This document shows, one piece after another, positions 29,749-39,351 of a stretch of DNA of 64,000 bases. The DNA is taken from contig JBGAHS010000003.1 in the NCBI GenBank assembly GCA_044226015.1, positions 736,001 through 800,000 of the forward strand. Reading direction: 5' to 3'. The position numbers were made by a program, and so were the translations under genes. How positions within the stretch are numbered: the first letter of the stretch is position 1; every line of letters starts with the position of its first letter. Source of the DNA: Candidatus Obscuribacteraceae bacterium. Lineage in GTDB: Bacteria; Cyanobacteriota; Vampirovibrionia; Obscuribacterales; Obscuribacteraceae. A model generated the notes under the pieces. The model had not been told where the DNA came from and made no database searches. It saw nothing but the letters and a program-made list of their open reading frames with translations.

Positions 29749-29826
29749 TCAGTTGATGTCGATTACTCGGGTTTTTGCACTGAGCTGGCGTGAGCCGAAG
29801 AGCAGATGCATGAGCTTGAGGAGCAT
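29749..29826 (-). CDS. 25-aa microprotein MLLKLMHLLFGSRQLSAKTRVIDIN
   Basis: Hand-translated; SD TAAGGA overlapping the upstream stop. Confidence 0.6.
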   Translation of the reverse strand: MLLKLMHLLFGSRQLSAKTRVIDIN

Positions 29827-29835
29827 GGCGATTCC

Positions 29836-30042
29836 TTACTTGCGCTTGCGGTTCTTCGTGCTGTACCTCTCCACGCCCATCATGTCGAGCATGCCCCAGA
29901 GGCTGACGAGCGCGGTGCCCATGAAGACAGCGCTGGTAGCACCCCAGAGTAGAACCTTCTGGGCGGGGTCCAGGTTGCCGAAAGCGTTGGTGAGCGCGGC
30001 GACGACAGCCAGGACGAAAAGAATGATCATGTTGATCTTCAT
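29836..30042 (-). CDS. 68-aa 2-TM protein with basic tail
   Basis: ORF track; SD AAGGG. Confidence 0.75.
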   Translation of the reverse strand: MKINMIILFVLAVVAALTNAFGNLDPAQKVLLWGATSAVFMGTALVSLWGMLDMMGVERYSTKNRKRK

Positions 30043-30138
30043 CTGTTACTTCCCTTTAGCAGGAGCCAGTGTGCTAGGCGAACTTACTTGAATCTGCCAG
30101 GAAGCGTGATCACGAGGACCACGCTTCCTGCAGCCGCT

Positions 30139-30489
30139 TCAGGTGCTGGACCTCGCGATCGCAGCAGCCTCTCGGGCGTAGCGGATGCCCTCCTGGCGCT
30201 TAGCCTTGATCATCCCAGCCGACACGACGAGACGGGTGCTGGCGCCGCTGAAATGCAAGCAATAGCGAGCAGTTTCGAGCAGGCGACGGCAGTCATCGTT
30301 GTGCGGCGCGTTGCGTCCGACGATCTCCTCGGCATCGCGAATCTCATTGCTGAGTTGCTCGCTGAGCTGGTGGATCTCTTCGGGAGTCGTGGTGTCCTTC
30401 TTCTGGGTCAACAGAAGATAGAGGAAACCAGCGATGACAACGCCGGCGATGAGGGCGGGCTGAATGAACTCAGGATGCGAAAGCAGCAT
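30139..30489 (-). CDS. 116-aa N-terminally anchored helical protein, first gene of array
   Basis: SD GAAGGA; TM helix then helical region. Confidence 0.75.
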   Translation of the reverse strand: MLLSHPEFIQPALIAGVVIAGFLYLLLTQKKDTTTPEEIHQLSEQLSNEIRDAEEIVGRNAPHNDDCRRLLETARYCLHFSGASTRLVVSAGMIKAKRQEGIRYAREAAAIARSST

Positions 30490-30986
30490 GACGCTGTTCC
30501 TTCATTTGTAGCTCGAAGCCTTCGGCCGTATTACCGATAGGCATCACATGCGAATGCTCTGGTAATTGAATTGACTTGGTATTAGCGACTTGAGGTTGTG
30601 CTTGATGTCTCGGTAGATGAGATTCGGATGTGATATCTCCAGTAAAATTAAAATGGCTTAGTAGAGTCAATGCCACCACATTTGGAGCTGAAAACAGCCC
30701 AATCTTGTGCTGTCTAGATGCCGGGGATACTGGGCCAGCTTATATTCTGCACAGAATCAACTCGTGCAGCTTGCGCAGTGCCAATTCTGGAACAATCAAA
30801 ACTAGTATTCGTTCGCGAAAAAAGACTTCGCTGGAACATGCACAGGTAGAGGCTTTTGCAATGGTTCTTTCAGCCAGCGTAGCGATCAACACCAAACCAA
30901 TCCTCCTCCCCACATGCAAAATTAGCACCGGAAGCAGGAACAGAGTGCTGAGCAAGAAAGCGAATTGAAAGCATCAAAAAGGACGT

Positions 30987-31002
30987 TTTAAAATGCAAAA
31001 AG
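30987..31002 (-). repeat. Tail motif copy downstream of pepF
   Basis: TTTAAAATGCAAAAAG; additional phased AAAAAG tracts at 31063-31096. Confidence 0.75.
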
Positions 31003-31100
31003 CAAACGAGATCTGAGACTGAAAAAAAATCGGATCCAAAAAACCACTACAACGCACACAGGCAAAAGGTCCAAAAAGTTCAAAAAGACTAAAAAGCCAA

Positions 31101-31134
31101 GTGGCTCAGGTGCTTTTAAGGCAACCCGAACCAC
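31101..31134 (-). terminator. 3' hairpin of pepF
   Basis: Minus strand GTGGTTCGGGTTGC-CTTAAAA-GCACCTGAGCCAC followed by repeated CTTTTT. Confidence 0.65.
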
Positions 31135-31162
31135 CCGGCAATTTAGCAGAACTACAGCCTGA

Positions 31163-32980
31163 TTACTTAGCCGGCTGCGCAGCCAAGTTCTCGAACTCCG
31201 CAATGTAGTTCTCGAAGACGTTCAGCGCCTGCTGAATTGGAGCCGGCGTGGAGAGATCCACACCTGCACCTTTGAGCAGGTCGAGACTGTACTGCGAAGA
31301 GCCACCCGAAAGGAAACGCAGATAGCGTTCCATGGCGGGCTTGCCTTCAGCGATGATTTGCTGAGACAAAGCCACTGCCGCCGAGATGCCCGTCGCATAC
31401 TGGTAGACGTAGAACGAGCTGTAGAAGTGGGGAATTCTCGCCCACTCAATCTCAACCAGGTCATCAACCTTCGCAACGGCACCGTAGTAGCGCTCGTTGA
31501 GGTCCTTGTACAGACCGCAGAGCAGCTCAGGAGTGAGAGCTTCGCCAGCTTCAGCGCGAGCGTGAGCTTCCTTCTCAAACTCGGCGAAAAGCGTCTGACG
31601 GAAGAGAGTTGCCCTGAAACCGTCGAGCGCATGATTGATGATGTACATCTTCAAGTTGCGGTCTTCGGTGTTCTTGAGCAGATAATCAGTCAGCAGCATC
31701 TCGTTGCAGATGGAAGCGACTTCTGCCACGAACAACGTGTAGTTGCCATAGCAGTAAGGCTGATTCTGCCGAGTCAGGAACGAGTGCATCGAGTGTCCGG
31801 CTTCGTGAATCAGCGTGAACATGGAATCCATGCTGTCCTGCCAGTTCAAAAGCATGAACGGATGTGTCGAGTACGAGCCCCAGCTGTACGCACCAGAACG
31901 CTTGTTGGCGTTTTCGTGCACGTCAACCCAGCGCTGATCGAAACCGCGCATCAGAGTGTCGACGTATTCCTTGCCCAGGGGAGCCAGCGCTTCGAGGCAC
32001 CTGGCGCGAGCATCGGCGTGGGAAATCTTGTAGTCGACTTCCTTGACCATCGGAACGTAGAGGTCGCAGATGCGCAACTCATCGACACCCAGAAGGCGCT
32101 TGCGCAGCTCCAGGTAACGATGCAGTTTGGGCAGGTTGGAGTTAACCGTCGAGACGAGATTGCCGTAGACATCTACCGGGATGTTGTGCGGACCGAGCGC
32201 AGCTTCCAGCGCCGAGCCGTACTTGTGCGCCCGGGCGAAGAAGATGTTGCCCTTCACCTGACCGGCATAGTTGGCCGCCAGCGTGTTACGCAACGCATTG
32301 TAGGACGAATGCATGCCGGTGAAGCCAGCAATACGCACGTCGCGATTCTGGCTTTCCAGGAAACGCGATGCATAGTTGCCGTGAGTGAGCTGAACGTCCT
32401 TGCCGTTCTCGTCCTTGAGCACGGGCAGTTTCAGGTCGGCGTTGTTGAGCATCTCGAAGACACGCTCTGGGGTCTGAGCCACTTCGGAAGCTTCCGCCAG
32501 AAGTTGTTCCAGCTCGGCACTCAGCACATGAGGACGCTGACGGTCGAGGTCATCGAACTCGTGCTGATAGAGCTTGAGCTCCTTGTCCGCCAGCATGTAA
32601 GCCTGAACGGTTTCCGGCGGGGTAGCAAGAAGCTCAGGGGTCATGTACGAGCTAGCGGAAGATACGCTCACGGAGAGTGTGCCAGCGCGAGAAGCCAGCG
32701 CCTGGTATTCAGCGACAGTCGTGTCCTGATGCAGACGCATGTTGGAGTAGCAGTACAGCCGCCCAACGATTTCGCCGATTTCATCGCGAAGCTTGAGCGC
32801 TGAAAGCAACGATGCCGCCGACTCTGCCAGTTTGCCCTTGAAAGCAGCAAGCTTGGGAATCAAGTCGGTAACTTTGGCGAAGTCTTTCTCCCAGTCGGCG
32901 TTGTTAGCGTAAACGCTTTCCAGGTCCCAGGTGTCCTCAACGGCGAGGTCTGTTCGTTTGGGAATTGTGTGAGAACTCAT
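31163..32980 (-). CDS. pepF: Oligoendopeptidase F (M3B)
   Basis: TWDLESVY, KRSGAYS, TLIHEAGHSMHS, FVAEVAS, WARIPHFY..FYVYQYATG; ATG 32980 after AAGGAG. Confidence 0.95.
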   Translation of the reverse strand: MSSHTIPKRTDLAVEDTWDLESVYANNADWEKDFAKVTDLIPKLAAFKGKLAESAASLLSALKLRDEIGEIVGRLYCYSNMRLHQDTTVAEYQALASRAGTLSVSVSSASSYMTPELLATPPETVQAYMLADKELKLYQHEFDDLDRQRPHVLSAELEQLLAEASEVAQTPERVFEMLNNADLKLPVLKDENGKDVQLTHGNYASRFLESQNRDVRIAGFTGMHSSYNALRNTLAANYAGQVKGNIFFARAHKYGSALEAALGPHNIPVDVYGNLVSTVNSNLPKLHRYLELRKRLLGVDELRICDLYVPMVKEVDYKISHADARARCLEALAPLGKEYVDTLMRGFDQRWVDVHENANKRSGAYSWGSYSTHPFMLLNWQDSMDSMFTLIHEAGHSMHSFLTRQNQPYCYGNYTLFVAEVASICNEMLLTDYLLKNTEDRNLKMYIINHALDGFRATLFRQTLFAEFEKEAHARAEAGEALTPELLCGLYKDLNERYYGAVAKVDDLVEIEWARIPHFYSSFYVYQYATGISAAVALSQQIIAEGKPAMERYLRFLSGGSSQYSLDLLKGAGVDLSTPAPIQQALNVFENYIAEFENLAAQPAK

Positions 32981-33020
32981 TTTGGTCTCCTTTTCTGTGT
33001 TCATGCGCGAAAGCGCGAAG

Positions 33021-33167
33021 AATCCACCCTGACAAAATGCTAGCAGCAGCAGGCGCCAGGGATAATAAACCACGATCCACTCCCCAACAAAACGGCACAA
33101 TCCAAACTGCATTGCAGTGTGATTTTCCAAAAACAATAAAACTCGTTCTGGGCGGTGTGTGTGGATT
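33021..33167 (-). promoter_or_regulatory. Structured 5' leader of pepF
   Basis: Closing pair AATCCAC/GTGGATT; inner ACTGCA/TGCAGT hairpin. Confidence 0.4.
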
Positions 33168-33408
33168 ACAGGGGATGGACTGTGGACGTCCACACGTTAC
33201 GGAGCTGGGCGAAGAGAAGTAAAGGGAGTTTTTTCTGAACAAACAAAGCCTACGCTCCCCTTGGCAGCCGGAATGCAAAGTATATTGGGCTTTCTGTCAA
33301 AGTCCCCGGAATTAGCTGGCTAGAATCTAACACCGAATATAGAATCAACAGATAGTAGAGCTGACAAAGCGCTGGATTTTATTGTCAATCACCAAGGCCA
33401 AACAACGA

Positions 33409-34266
33409 ATGAAAAAACAGATTCTCTCACTGCTTGCCCTATCATGCCTGAGCATATCCCTGGCTCTACCTGTGATTTCAGAACCAAGTCGCAGCTCGGA
33501 AAACGAAGCTGCGATTCCCAAGATTACTTTCCCTGAAACCGAATTCAATTTCGGAGTTTTGGAAGAAGGCATTGAAGCAAAGCATACTTTCAAAATCGAA
33601 AACCATGGCTCAAAAGAACTTATCATCAAAACAGTTTTCTCAACCTGCGGTTGCACAATTCCAACCATGAAAACTAAGCACATTGCACCTGGCACAAGTG
33701 CAGACATGGAAGTTGTGATGAACACATCGATGAAGCAGGGTGATGTGAAAAAACCGATTGAAGTCAGATCCAACGACCCGATCAACCCAGTCTCCACCCT
33801 GTATGTAACCGCCAAAGTCACAAGTCCTCATGCCAATCTTGGTGAAAATAAAATAGCAGCGATCTTCGAAGGAAAATGCGCCAGATGCCACGTAGCCGAC
33901 GGAATTGGCAAAGTGGGAGAAGAGCTTTACGCCGCTGATTGTGCTATGTGTCACGGGTACAGAGCAAAAGGAATTCCTTCAGTGGCACCAACGCTGATAC
34001 CATATGATTATCAAAACAAGGACTTCGCCGCTGCATTTAAACACATCATTGCTTTCGGAAGCGCCTCTCATCGCTCAATGCCTGGCTATGCTAAAGAAGC
34101 AGGTGGTCCACTGAACGACAAAGAGATAGATTCTCTAATTGACTTCCTGCAGAAAAAAAGTGAGGAAGAACGGCACTACCAGCAGCTTATGAAAGAACAG
34201 GCAGAAAAGGAACAGCAAAAAACAGAAGAAAGCAAGAAAAAAGACGAGCCACCTGCTTCGAAGTAA
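33409..34266 (+). CDS. Secreted DUF1573-type Ig-like domain fused to c-type cytochrome (two CxxCH)
   Basis: FNFG..HTFKIEN.G..L.I..V..TCGCT..IAPG; CARCH and CAMCH; SMPGY axial Met region. Confidence 0.82.
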   Translation: MKKQILSLLALSCLSISLALPVISEPSRSSENEAAIPKITFPETEFNFGVLEEGIEAKHTFKIENHGSKELIIKTVFSTCGCTIPTMKTKHIAPGTSADMEVVMNTSMKQGDVKKPIEVRSNDPINPVSTLYVTAKVTSPHANLGENKIAAIFEGKCARCHVADGIGKVGEELYAADCAMCHGYRAKGIPSVAPTLIPYDYQNKDFAAAFKHIIAFGSASHRSMPGYAKEAGGPLNDKEIDSLIDFLQKKSEEERHYQQLMKEQAEKEQQKTEESKKKDEPPASK

Positions 34267-34307
34267 TCTCACCGGCTATTCACACGGCACTTAAGCGGAC
34301 TGGGATT

Positions 34308-34862
34308 CTAGGATTCTTTCTGAAAGTCCTCCACTTTCAAATTTTCCGCATCCGTCTTATCAGCTTTGCGTTCCATTTCAAGCCACATTTCTTCATCTGG
34401 ATCTGGAACTTTGGAGAGATCCAACTCAGAAGTCTCTGTTCTCAAAGAACGATGCGGCACCGTTGCTCCAGAAATTGCAGCCGCCTCAAATTCCTCTTTC
34501 ACACTGTTTCGACCTATGACTATGAAAGTGAAAATTCCCAGCAAAAGCCCAAGAGGAAAGTTAAAACAGTTCAATGCTGAGGCAACGATGATGAGATTGC
34601 GATGCTTTCTGCGAGCAATACACTTTCCTGCTGCAATAATCAAAGCACCATAAGCCCAGCCGGAAATCATCATCAGCAGCCCCATCGCAGCCATGGTCAT
34701 TCCAATCGTTTCCTTGACGAAAAAAAGACCCGCGACTATGTGAAAAAGGAAAAAGCAAGAAAAAAGCATGGACATGCCACCGACGACATAGTGACAAATT
34801 CGGAGAATGTTGAGCTGCTCCGAATCTTTCGCGTCCTGGGGAAGGTCTACAAGATTTGCCAT
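34308..34862 (-). CDS. Hypothetical membrane protein
   Basis: Three to four hydrophobic segments, FPLGLLLGIFT. Confidence 0.7.
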   Translation of the reverse strand: MANLVDLPQDAKDSEQLNILRICHYVVGGMSMLFSCFFLFHIVAGLFFVKETIGMTMAAMGLLMMISGWAYGALIIAAGKCIARRKHRNLIIVASALNCFNFPLGLLLGIFTFIVIGRNSVKEEFEAAAISGATVPHRSLRTETSELDLSKVPDPDEEMWLEMERKADKTDAENLKVEDFQKES

Positions 34863-34944
34863 GGCTCTCCTCTACACCCAAATTACCCAGCTGCTAAGCA
34901 GCTTAAGCTGAGTGCAAGAAAGAGCTCAGAATTTCAGAGTACAC

Positions 34945-35772
34945 TTAGATGGAAAAGCTCTCCCCAGCAGGATAAATCGAGTAAATCATGTTCTGCACTC
35001 CGGCACACTGCCCCTCTGGGGTCGCATCCATCTGAGACTTAAAGTCATCTGCTCGACGATAAACGTGGGCGACTCCTTTGCCATGCACAGTGGCTTTGCC
35101 GTCCTTTATTTCAACAGCAGTATCCTCATCTAAGCCAATGCCTTTTGCCCCGGGAACCAGCGACAATGCGACCATCAATCTATCCTGCCGTGCACGAGCA
35201 CTGACATGGGTGTCAACGACATAACCGGGCAGCAGACCGAGTCCTTCAGTCATCAAAAGAGATTTTGACTTTGGCACTCCATCAGTCATGCCGCCGGCAA
35301 TCATTTTTGGAGCCATGATCGCGGCTCCCGCACTGGTTCCACCCACCAGGTTGCCAGCGCCAACAAATGCTCGCACTTCTGAAAGAAGAGCTGGCTCAGC
35401 TATTCTCATCATGCGGCTCTGATCTCCCCCGGTCATAAAAATTGCCGTCGCTTTGGGCAAAGAGCCCTTGAACTCACCCGGCATTATTACACTCGTGTCT
35501 TTGACACCAAGGGCCATAAAACTGTTCTGCAATTCTTCTACTGTTTCTTTCGGTTCAGAACTGGAGTGCGGAAGAATTAGAATTCGGGCTCTGTCTCCAC
35601 CTGCCAACTCAGCAAACCGGTACAGTGCGAAATCGGCAGCGCCACCGATGGGGTAGAGGGTGCCGCTGGACTTACCTGAAGCTGGCTGTGAGAGCGCCTT
35701 GTTGCAAGCAAGTAGCGACATAAATGCAAGCGCAAAACCACGTCGACTAAAGTTAACATTCCCAATATCCAT
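34945..35772 (-). CDS. Cyanophycinase-like S51 peptidase with twin-arginine signal
   Basis: IGGA, FMTGGDQSR, GGTSAGAA, VDTHV..RARQDRL, GIGLDEDTA; N-terminal SRRGF. Confidence 0.88.
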   Translation of the reverse strand: MDIGNVNFSRRGFALAFMSLLACNKALSQPASGKSSGTLYPIGGAADFALYRFAELAGGDRARILILPHSSSEPKETVEELQNSFMALGVKDTSVIMPGEFKGSLPKATAIFMTGGDQSRMMRIAEPALLSEVRAFVGAGNLVGGTSAGAAIMAPKMIAGGMTDGVPKSKSLLMTEGLGLLPGYVVDTHVSARARQDRLMVALSLVPGAKGIGLDEDTAVEIKDGKATVHGKGVAHVYRRADDFKSQMDATPEGQCAGVQNMIYSIYPAGESFSI

Positions 35773-35975
35773 AGAAAGACCTCTAATTGCATGCCAGCAA
35801 GACTTTTCAGCGAATCAGGATAGCATGACGGACTGGCCTGCGGATCTGCCGACTGCATAATTGTGCAGTTGCCAATACCTTCTTGCACATTACACAGCTG
35901 CCTGTAGCAACATAAGATACCTGTGGGGTTGTTGGGCGGATATCGCAGGTTCATTCACCTAGGATCCGACCAATC

Positions 35976-36515
35976 ATGCAGACACAAGACACGTTCTGGA
36001 CCACTTATGTGGACCTTGGCGCAAATGCTCAGAAACTTGGACATACAGAAATAGCCGACAAGATGCTTGGGGCAGCTCTTGAGGAATCAAGGCGCTTGGG
36101 ACACTTGAACTTGCCACCACCGGCGGTGTTCAACAAATTGGCCGCGGCTTTTTATGAAAAGAGTGATTTCAAAAAGGCAGAGGCCGTTTATAAGAGCGCA
36201 CTGGCAACTTACGAGAAAAGACTTACTGAAGATCATCCACATCTCAGCAACGTACTTCTAAACCTGGCTGAACTATATTTTTCGCAGGGCAAGTACGGTA
36301 TGGCAGAGCCTCTATTTGAGCGCACCTTGCTCATCGATGAAAGAAAATTTGGAGGACTTCACCCCTGCATGTATCGCCGCATGCTTAAGCTCTCATGGAT
36401 TTATTGCACACTGAACAAGCACAGCGACGCTTATGCATTGTTGAAGAGAGCACAAGAACTAAAAGAGAAAAATGAAGACCTACAACCAGAAGCTTTTATT
36501 CTAGCGACAGTATAG
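35976..36515 (+). CDS. TPR protein
   Basis: LNLAELYFSQGKYGMAEPLFERTL kinesin-light-chain-type TPRs. Confidence 0.88.
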   Translation: MQTQDTFWTTYVDLGANAQKLGHTEIADKMLGAALEESRRLGHLNLPPPAVFNKLAAAFYEKSDFKKAEAVYKSALATYEKRLTEDHPHLSNVLLNLAELYFSQGKYGMAEPLFERTLLIDERKFGGLHPCMYRRMLKLSWIYCTLNKHSDAYALLKRAQELKEKNEDLQPEAFILATV

Positions 36516-36572
36516 TAGAGACCGCAGAGCCATTCAGATAAAGCTTAAAGCTACGAGGACAGGAAACTGTCC

Positions 36573-37322
36573 TCATTCTTTTGGGTCGAGTTTCTCCAGA
36601 TACTCCAGATCTTTCTTACTCAAAGCAACTTTTGAAAGCAAATCGGGGCGGCGTTCCTTTGTTCGCTTCAACGCCTGCTCACGACGCCACTTCTCTATGA
36701 GTTTGTGATTTCCAGAAAGCAATACTTCCGGCACATCCATGCCCCGATAATTTGCGGGCTTAGTGTATTGAGGACCCTCAAGAAGGTTTTCAACGAAGCT
36801 TTCCTGGGCCAGAGAAATGCTTTTTCCAATAACTCCGGGAATCAACCTTCCGACTGCATCGATGACAATCAATGCTGGCAATTCGCCACCAGTTAAAACG
36901 TAGTCTCCAACAGAAAACTCATGTGTGGCTAGGGAACAAATGCGCTCATCAAACCCCTCATAGTGCCCGCAAATCAAAACGATATCTTGCTCTTTGCTCC
37001 AGCTCCAGGCATCGTCCTGGTGCAATGGCTTTCCTTGCGGGCTTGTTAGCAAAATGGGAATATTAGTGTTGTCCGGTGTCGCGCCAATTTGAGCAAGAAT
37101 GTCTTCATAGGCAGCAAAGAACGGTTCTGGTTTTAACACCATTCCAGCGCCGCCACCATAGGGAGTATCATCTACTTTTCTGTACTTGTCCTGGCAATAG
37201 TCGCGAGGATTGTATGTTTTTACAGCAAACTCGCCCTTTTCAATGCCACGTTTCACGATGCTGACCGAGCAATAACGCTCGATTAATTCAGGAAAGAGGG
37301 TGATTACATGAAAAGTAAGCAA
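36573..37322 (-). CDS. trmD: tRNA (guanine-37-N1) methyltransferase
   Basis: VITLFPE, VDDTPYGGGAGM, CGHYEGFDER, GDYVLTGGE. Confidence 0.97.
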   Translation of the reverse strand: MLTFHVITLFPELIERYCSVSIVKRGIEKGEFAVKTYNPRDYCQDKYRKVDDTPYGGGAGMVLKPEPFFAAYEDILAQIGATPDNTNIPILLTSPQGKPLHQDDAWSWSKEQDIVLICGHYEGFDERICSLATHEFSVGDYVLTGGELPALIVIDAVGRLIPGVIGKSISLAQESFVENLLEGPQYTKPANYRGMDVPEVLLSGNHKLIEKWRREQALKRTKERRPDLLSKVALSKKDLEYLEKLDPKE

Positions 37323-37339
37323 GATGTCCTCAAAGAATT

Positions 37340-37682
37340 GCGAAGTGGTCCATAAGCCGGGTTCTGTTTAGACCGCCATCTATCTGGGAGCTTGATTACT
37401 CAAGCCCTCAAGCGGCATCGGCAGTTCGAGTTGGCGGGCCACCAATGTTTCGACCTATACCTTAGCCTTGCACCTTTAGTGGGGTTTACCTAGCCAGTGC
37501 CTCTCGACACTGCTGGTGACGCTTTTACCGCACCGTTGCACCCTTACCAGGAAAAACCTGGCGGTATTCATTTCTGTGGCACTATCCTCACGCTCACGCG
37601 CACTGGGTATTACCCAGCGACCAGCCCTATGGCGCCCGGACTTTCCTCATCCTTTCGGACGCGGCGGTCTGAACCACTTCGC
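37340..37682 (-). ncRNA. rnpB: RNase P RNA (type A)
   Basis: Minus strand GAGGAAAGTCCGGGC near 5' end and AACAGAACCCGGCTTAT near 3' end; P1 ends GCGAAGTGGTTC/GGACCACTTCGC. Confidence 0.97.
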
Positions 37683-38084
37683 GATCAGCCATTATAACAA
37701 ACCTGGTAATCAAGACTAGAACGCTCGCAATGCTTCGCTAGAGCGTCTTTATGGGATGCTACCAGGCTTCGACTCTTAGAGAACTAGCGCGAGGATCAAT
37801 GAATAACGGCAGTTTCGTGCAGAGGGGCAGCTTTGGACCGAAAAGCACTAGAGAAAGATTAGAACTGGCTAACGCACGCTAGTTCTGTCCACAACCCTGA
37901 GCTTTGTTAGTTTGAAAAAACCAAGTCATTTCTCGTAATGAAGCAACCCGCACTGTAAGCATTCAAGCAAAGCAACCCTAAATCAAATTGAATTCACTAG
38001 CCAGCTGCTTGTGTGTTCATTGCTTGCTGCGGCGTCTTCCTTCGAGCGATGCGAGTTCCAATTCTTCAGAAGGTAGGTTGATTT

Positions 38085-39254
38085 ATGTCAAAAAAATTCA
38101 ATCCTAAAAAACGTATTCCCATGCTGATGCCAAACGATCAAAGCGCCATGATTGCGCCGGACATTCATGTTCCAGCAGAACAACAAATCGACTACGAATA
38201 CATGAGCATCTACCATGAACTCATGTACTCACCTGCTCTTTCAACGCCTGCTGTAAAAAGCAAAATCAGTGGCGAAGTAATCAGTTCCACTAAGTCAGGC
38301 TATTGGGTTGCCTACGGTGGTAAGACAGAGGGCTTCGCGCGAAAAGAAGAACAGGGCAATGAGCGCTTGAACGTCGGCGAAATTTGCCTCTTCGACGTGG
38401 TCAGTGTTGAAAGCGAAACAGGCTGTGTTTTTCTCAGTCGCCGAGGCGGTGAAAGTTGGGAGCAGCTAATAGCGGCAAAAGAAAACAACGCAACCGTCAC
38501 TGTTGAGGTGATGCAAATCGCAAGAAAATTCAACAAAATCTCTCACGTCAAAGTACGCTTCAACGCCGTCACCGGCATTGTGCCCTTCTCTTTACTGGGA
38601 ATTTCAGTGGAGAAGGTTCAGCAGTTGATTAACGAAAAACTTGAGGTGAGAGTGCATGAGATTTGCTCCAAGACAGGCAGGCTTGTGTTCAATCACCGCA
38701 TCATCAAAAACGAAGAGAGCCTGCGCAGAGAGTACTATTTGAATTCTCTGAACCCTGGTGACCTGCTTCAGGACGTCGAGGTCATCGGCATCTTGAGCAA
38801 TAATGCCGGCTCGAAAATCGGTGTTATCGTTCAAGCTGGAGAATGTAGGGGGTTGATTCACCACTCTGAAATCTCTAGGGCACATTTCCGCAATTCCTTG
38901 AGTGAATCGTTTCCGCCTGGCAAGAAACTTGATGCTATCGTACTTCCCTTCCGGGTTCGTGACGACGGCAAGAGAGAACTTGCACTCTCGCTCAAAGGCG
39001 TACAAGAGCTGCGAGCAAGCGAGTTTTTCGCAACGCGAAAGCTTGGCGATAGACTAGAAGGCACGGTTCAACGAAAGGTCGGATACGGTTTATTCGTCTC
39101 TCTCTGCGAAAGTGGTGAAGTAGACGGACTCTTGCACAACTCCCAGTTTTCCCGAGAGAAAGAGCCAACTATCGGAAGCAAAATCTGCGTTGAGATAATT
39201 GCTATCAACAAAGAGAGACGAACAGTCGGGCTCTCGATCGGTTCGTCGACTTAG
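38085..39254 (+). CDS. Divergent multi-S1-domain RNA-binding protein (RpsA-like)
   Basis: About four S1 repeats: G.VI...KSGYWV.YGGKTEGF, GLIHHSEIS..LALSLK, GTV.RKVGYGLFV..DGLLHNSQFS..VGLSI. Confidence 0.85.
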   Translation: MSKKFNPKKRIPMLMPNDQSAMIAPDIHVPAEQQIDYEYMSIYHELMYSPALSTPAVKSKISGEVISSTKSGYWVAYGGKTEGFARKEEQGNERLNVGEICLFDVVSVESETGCVFLSRRGGESWEQLIAAKENNATVTVEVMQIARKFNKISHVKVRFNAVTGIVPFSLLGISVEKVQQLINEKLEVRVHEICSKTGRLVFNHRIIKNEESLRREYYLNSLNPGDLLQDVEVIGILSNNAGSKIGVIVQAGECRGLIHHSEISRAHFRNSLSESFPPGKKLDAIVLPFRVRDDGKRELALSLKGVQELRASEFFATRKLGDRLEGTVQRKVGYGLFVSLCESGEVDGLLHNSQFSREKEPTIGSKICVEIIAINKERRTVGLSIGSST

Positions 39255-39266
39255 CGCACTATGACC

Positions 39267-39300
39267 GAAAAGAAAGGGACCAAAAGTCCCTTCTCTTTTT
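39267..39300 (+). terminator. Intrinsic terminator
   Basis: AAGGGAC-CAAAA-GTCCCTT then CTCTTTTT. Confidence 0.75.
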
Positions 39301-39351
39301 CATGCCAGCTCTACTACAAGCCATCGCAGTTCAGAGCTCTGGCTCTCGACC

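Noticed and set aside
28594..30489. Prophage remnant
   Set aside because: The small-gene density is phage-like, but no structural, replication, lysis or integrase genes are recognisable.
32981..33193. N-terminal extensions of pepF (and likewise 6553-6618 and 51028-51090)
   Set aside because: Strong SD-ATG pairs lie downstream and the extensions overlap structured leaders.
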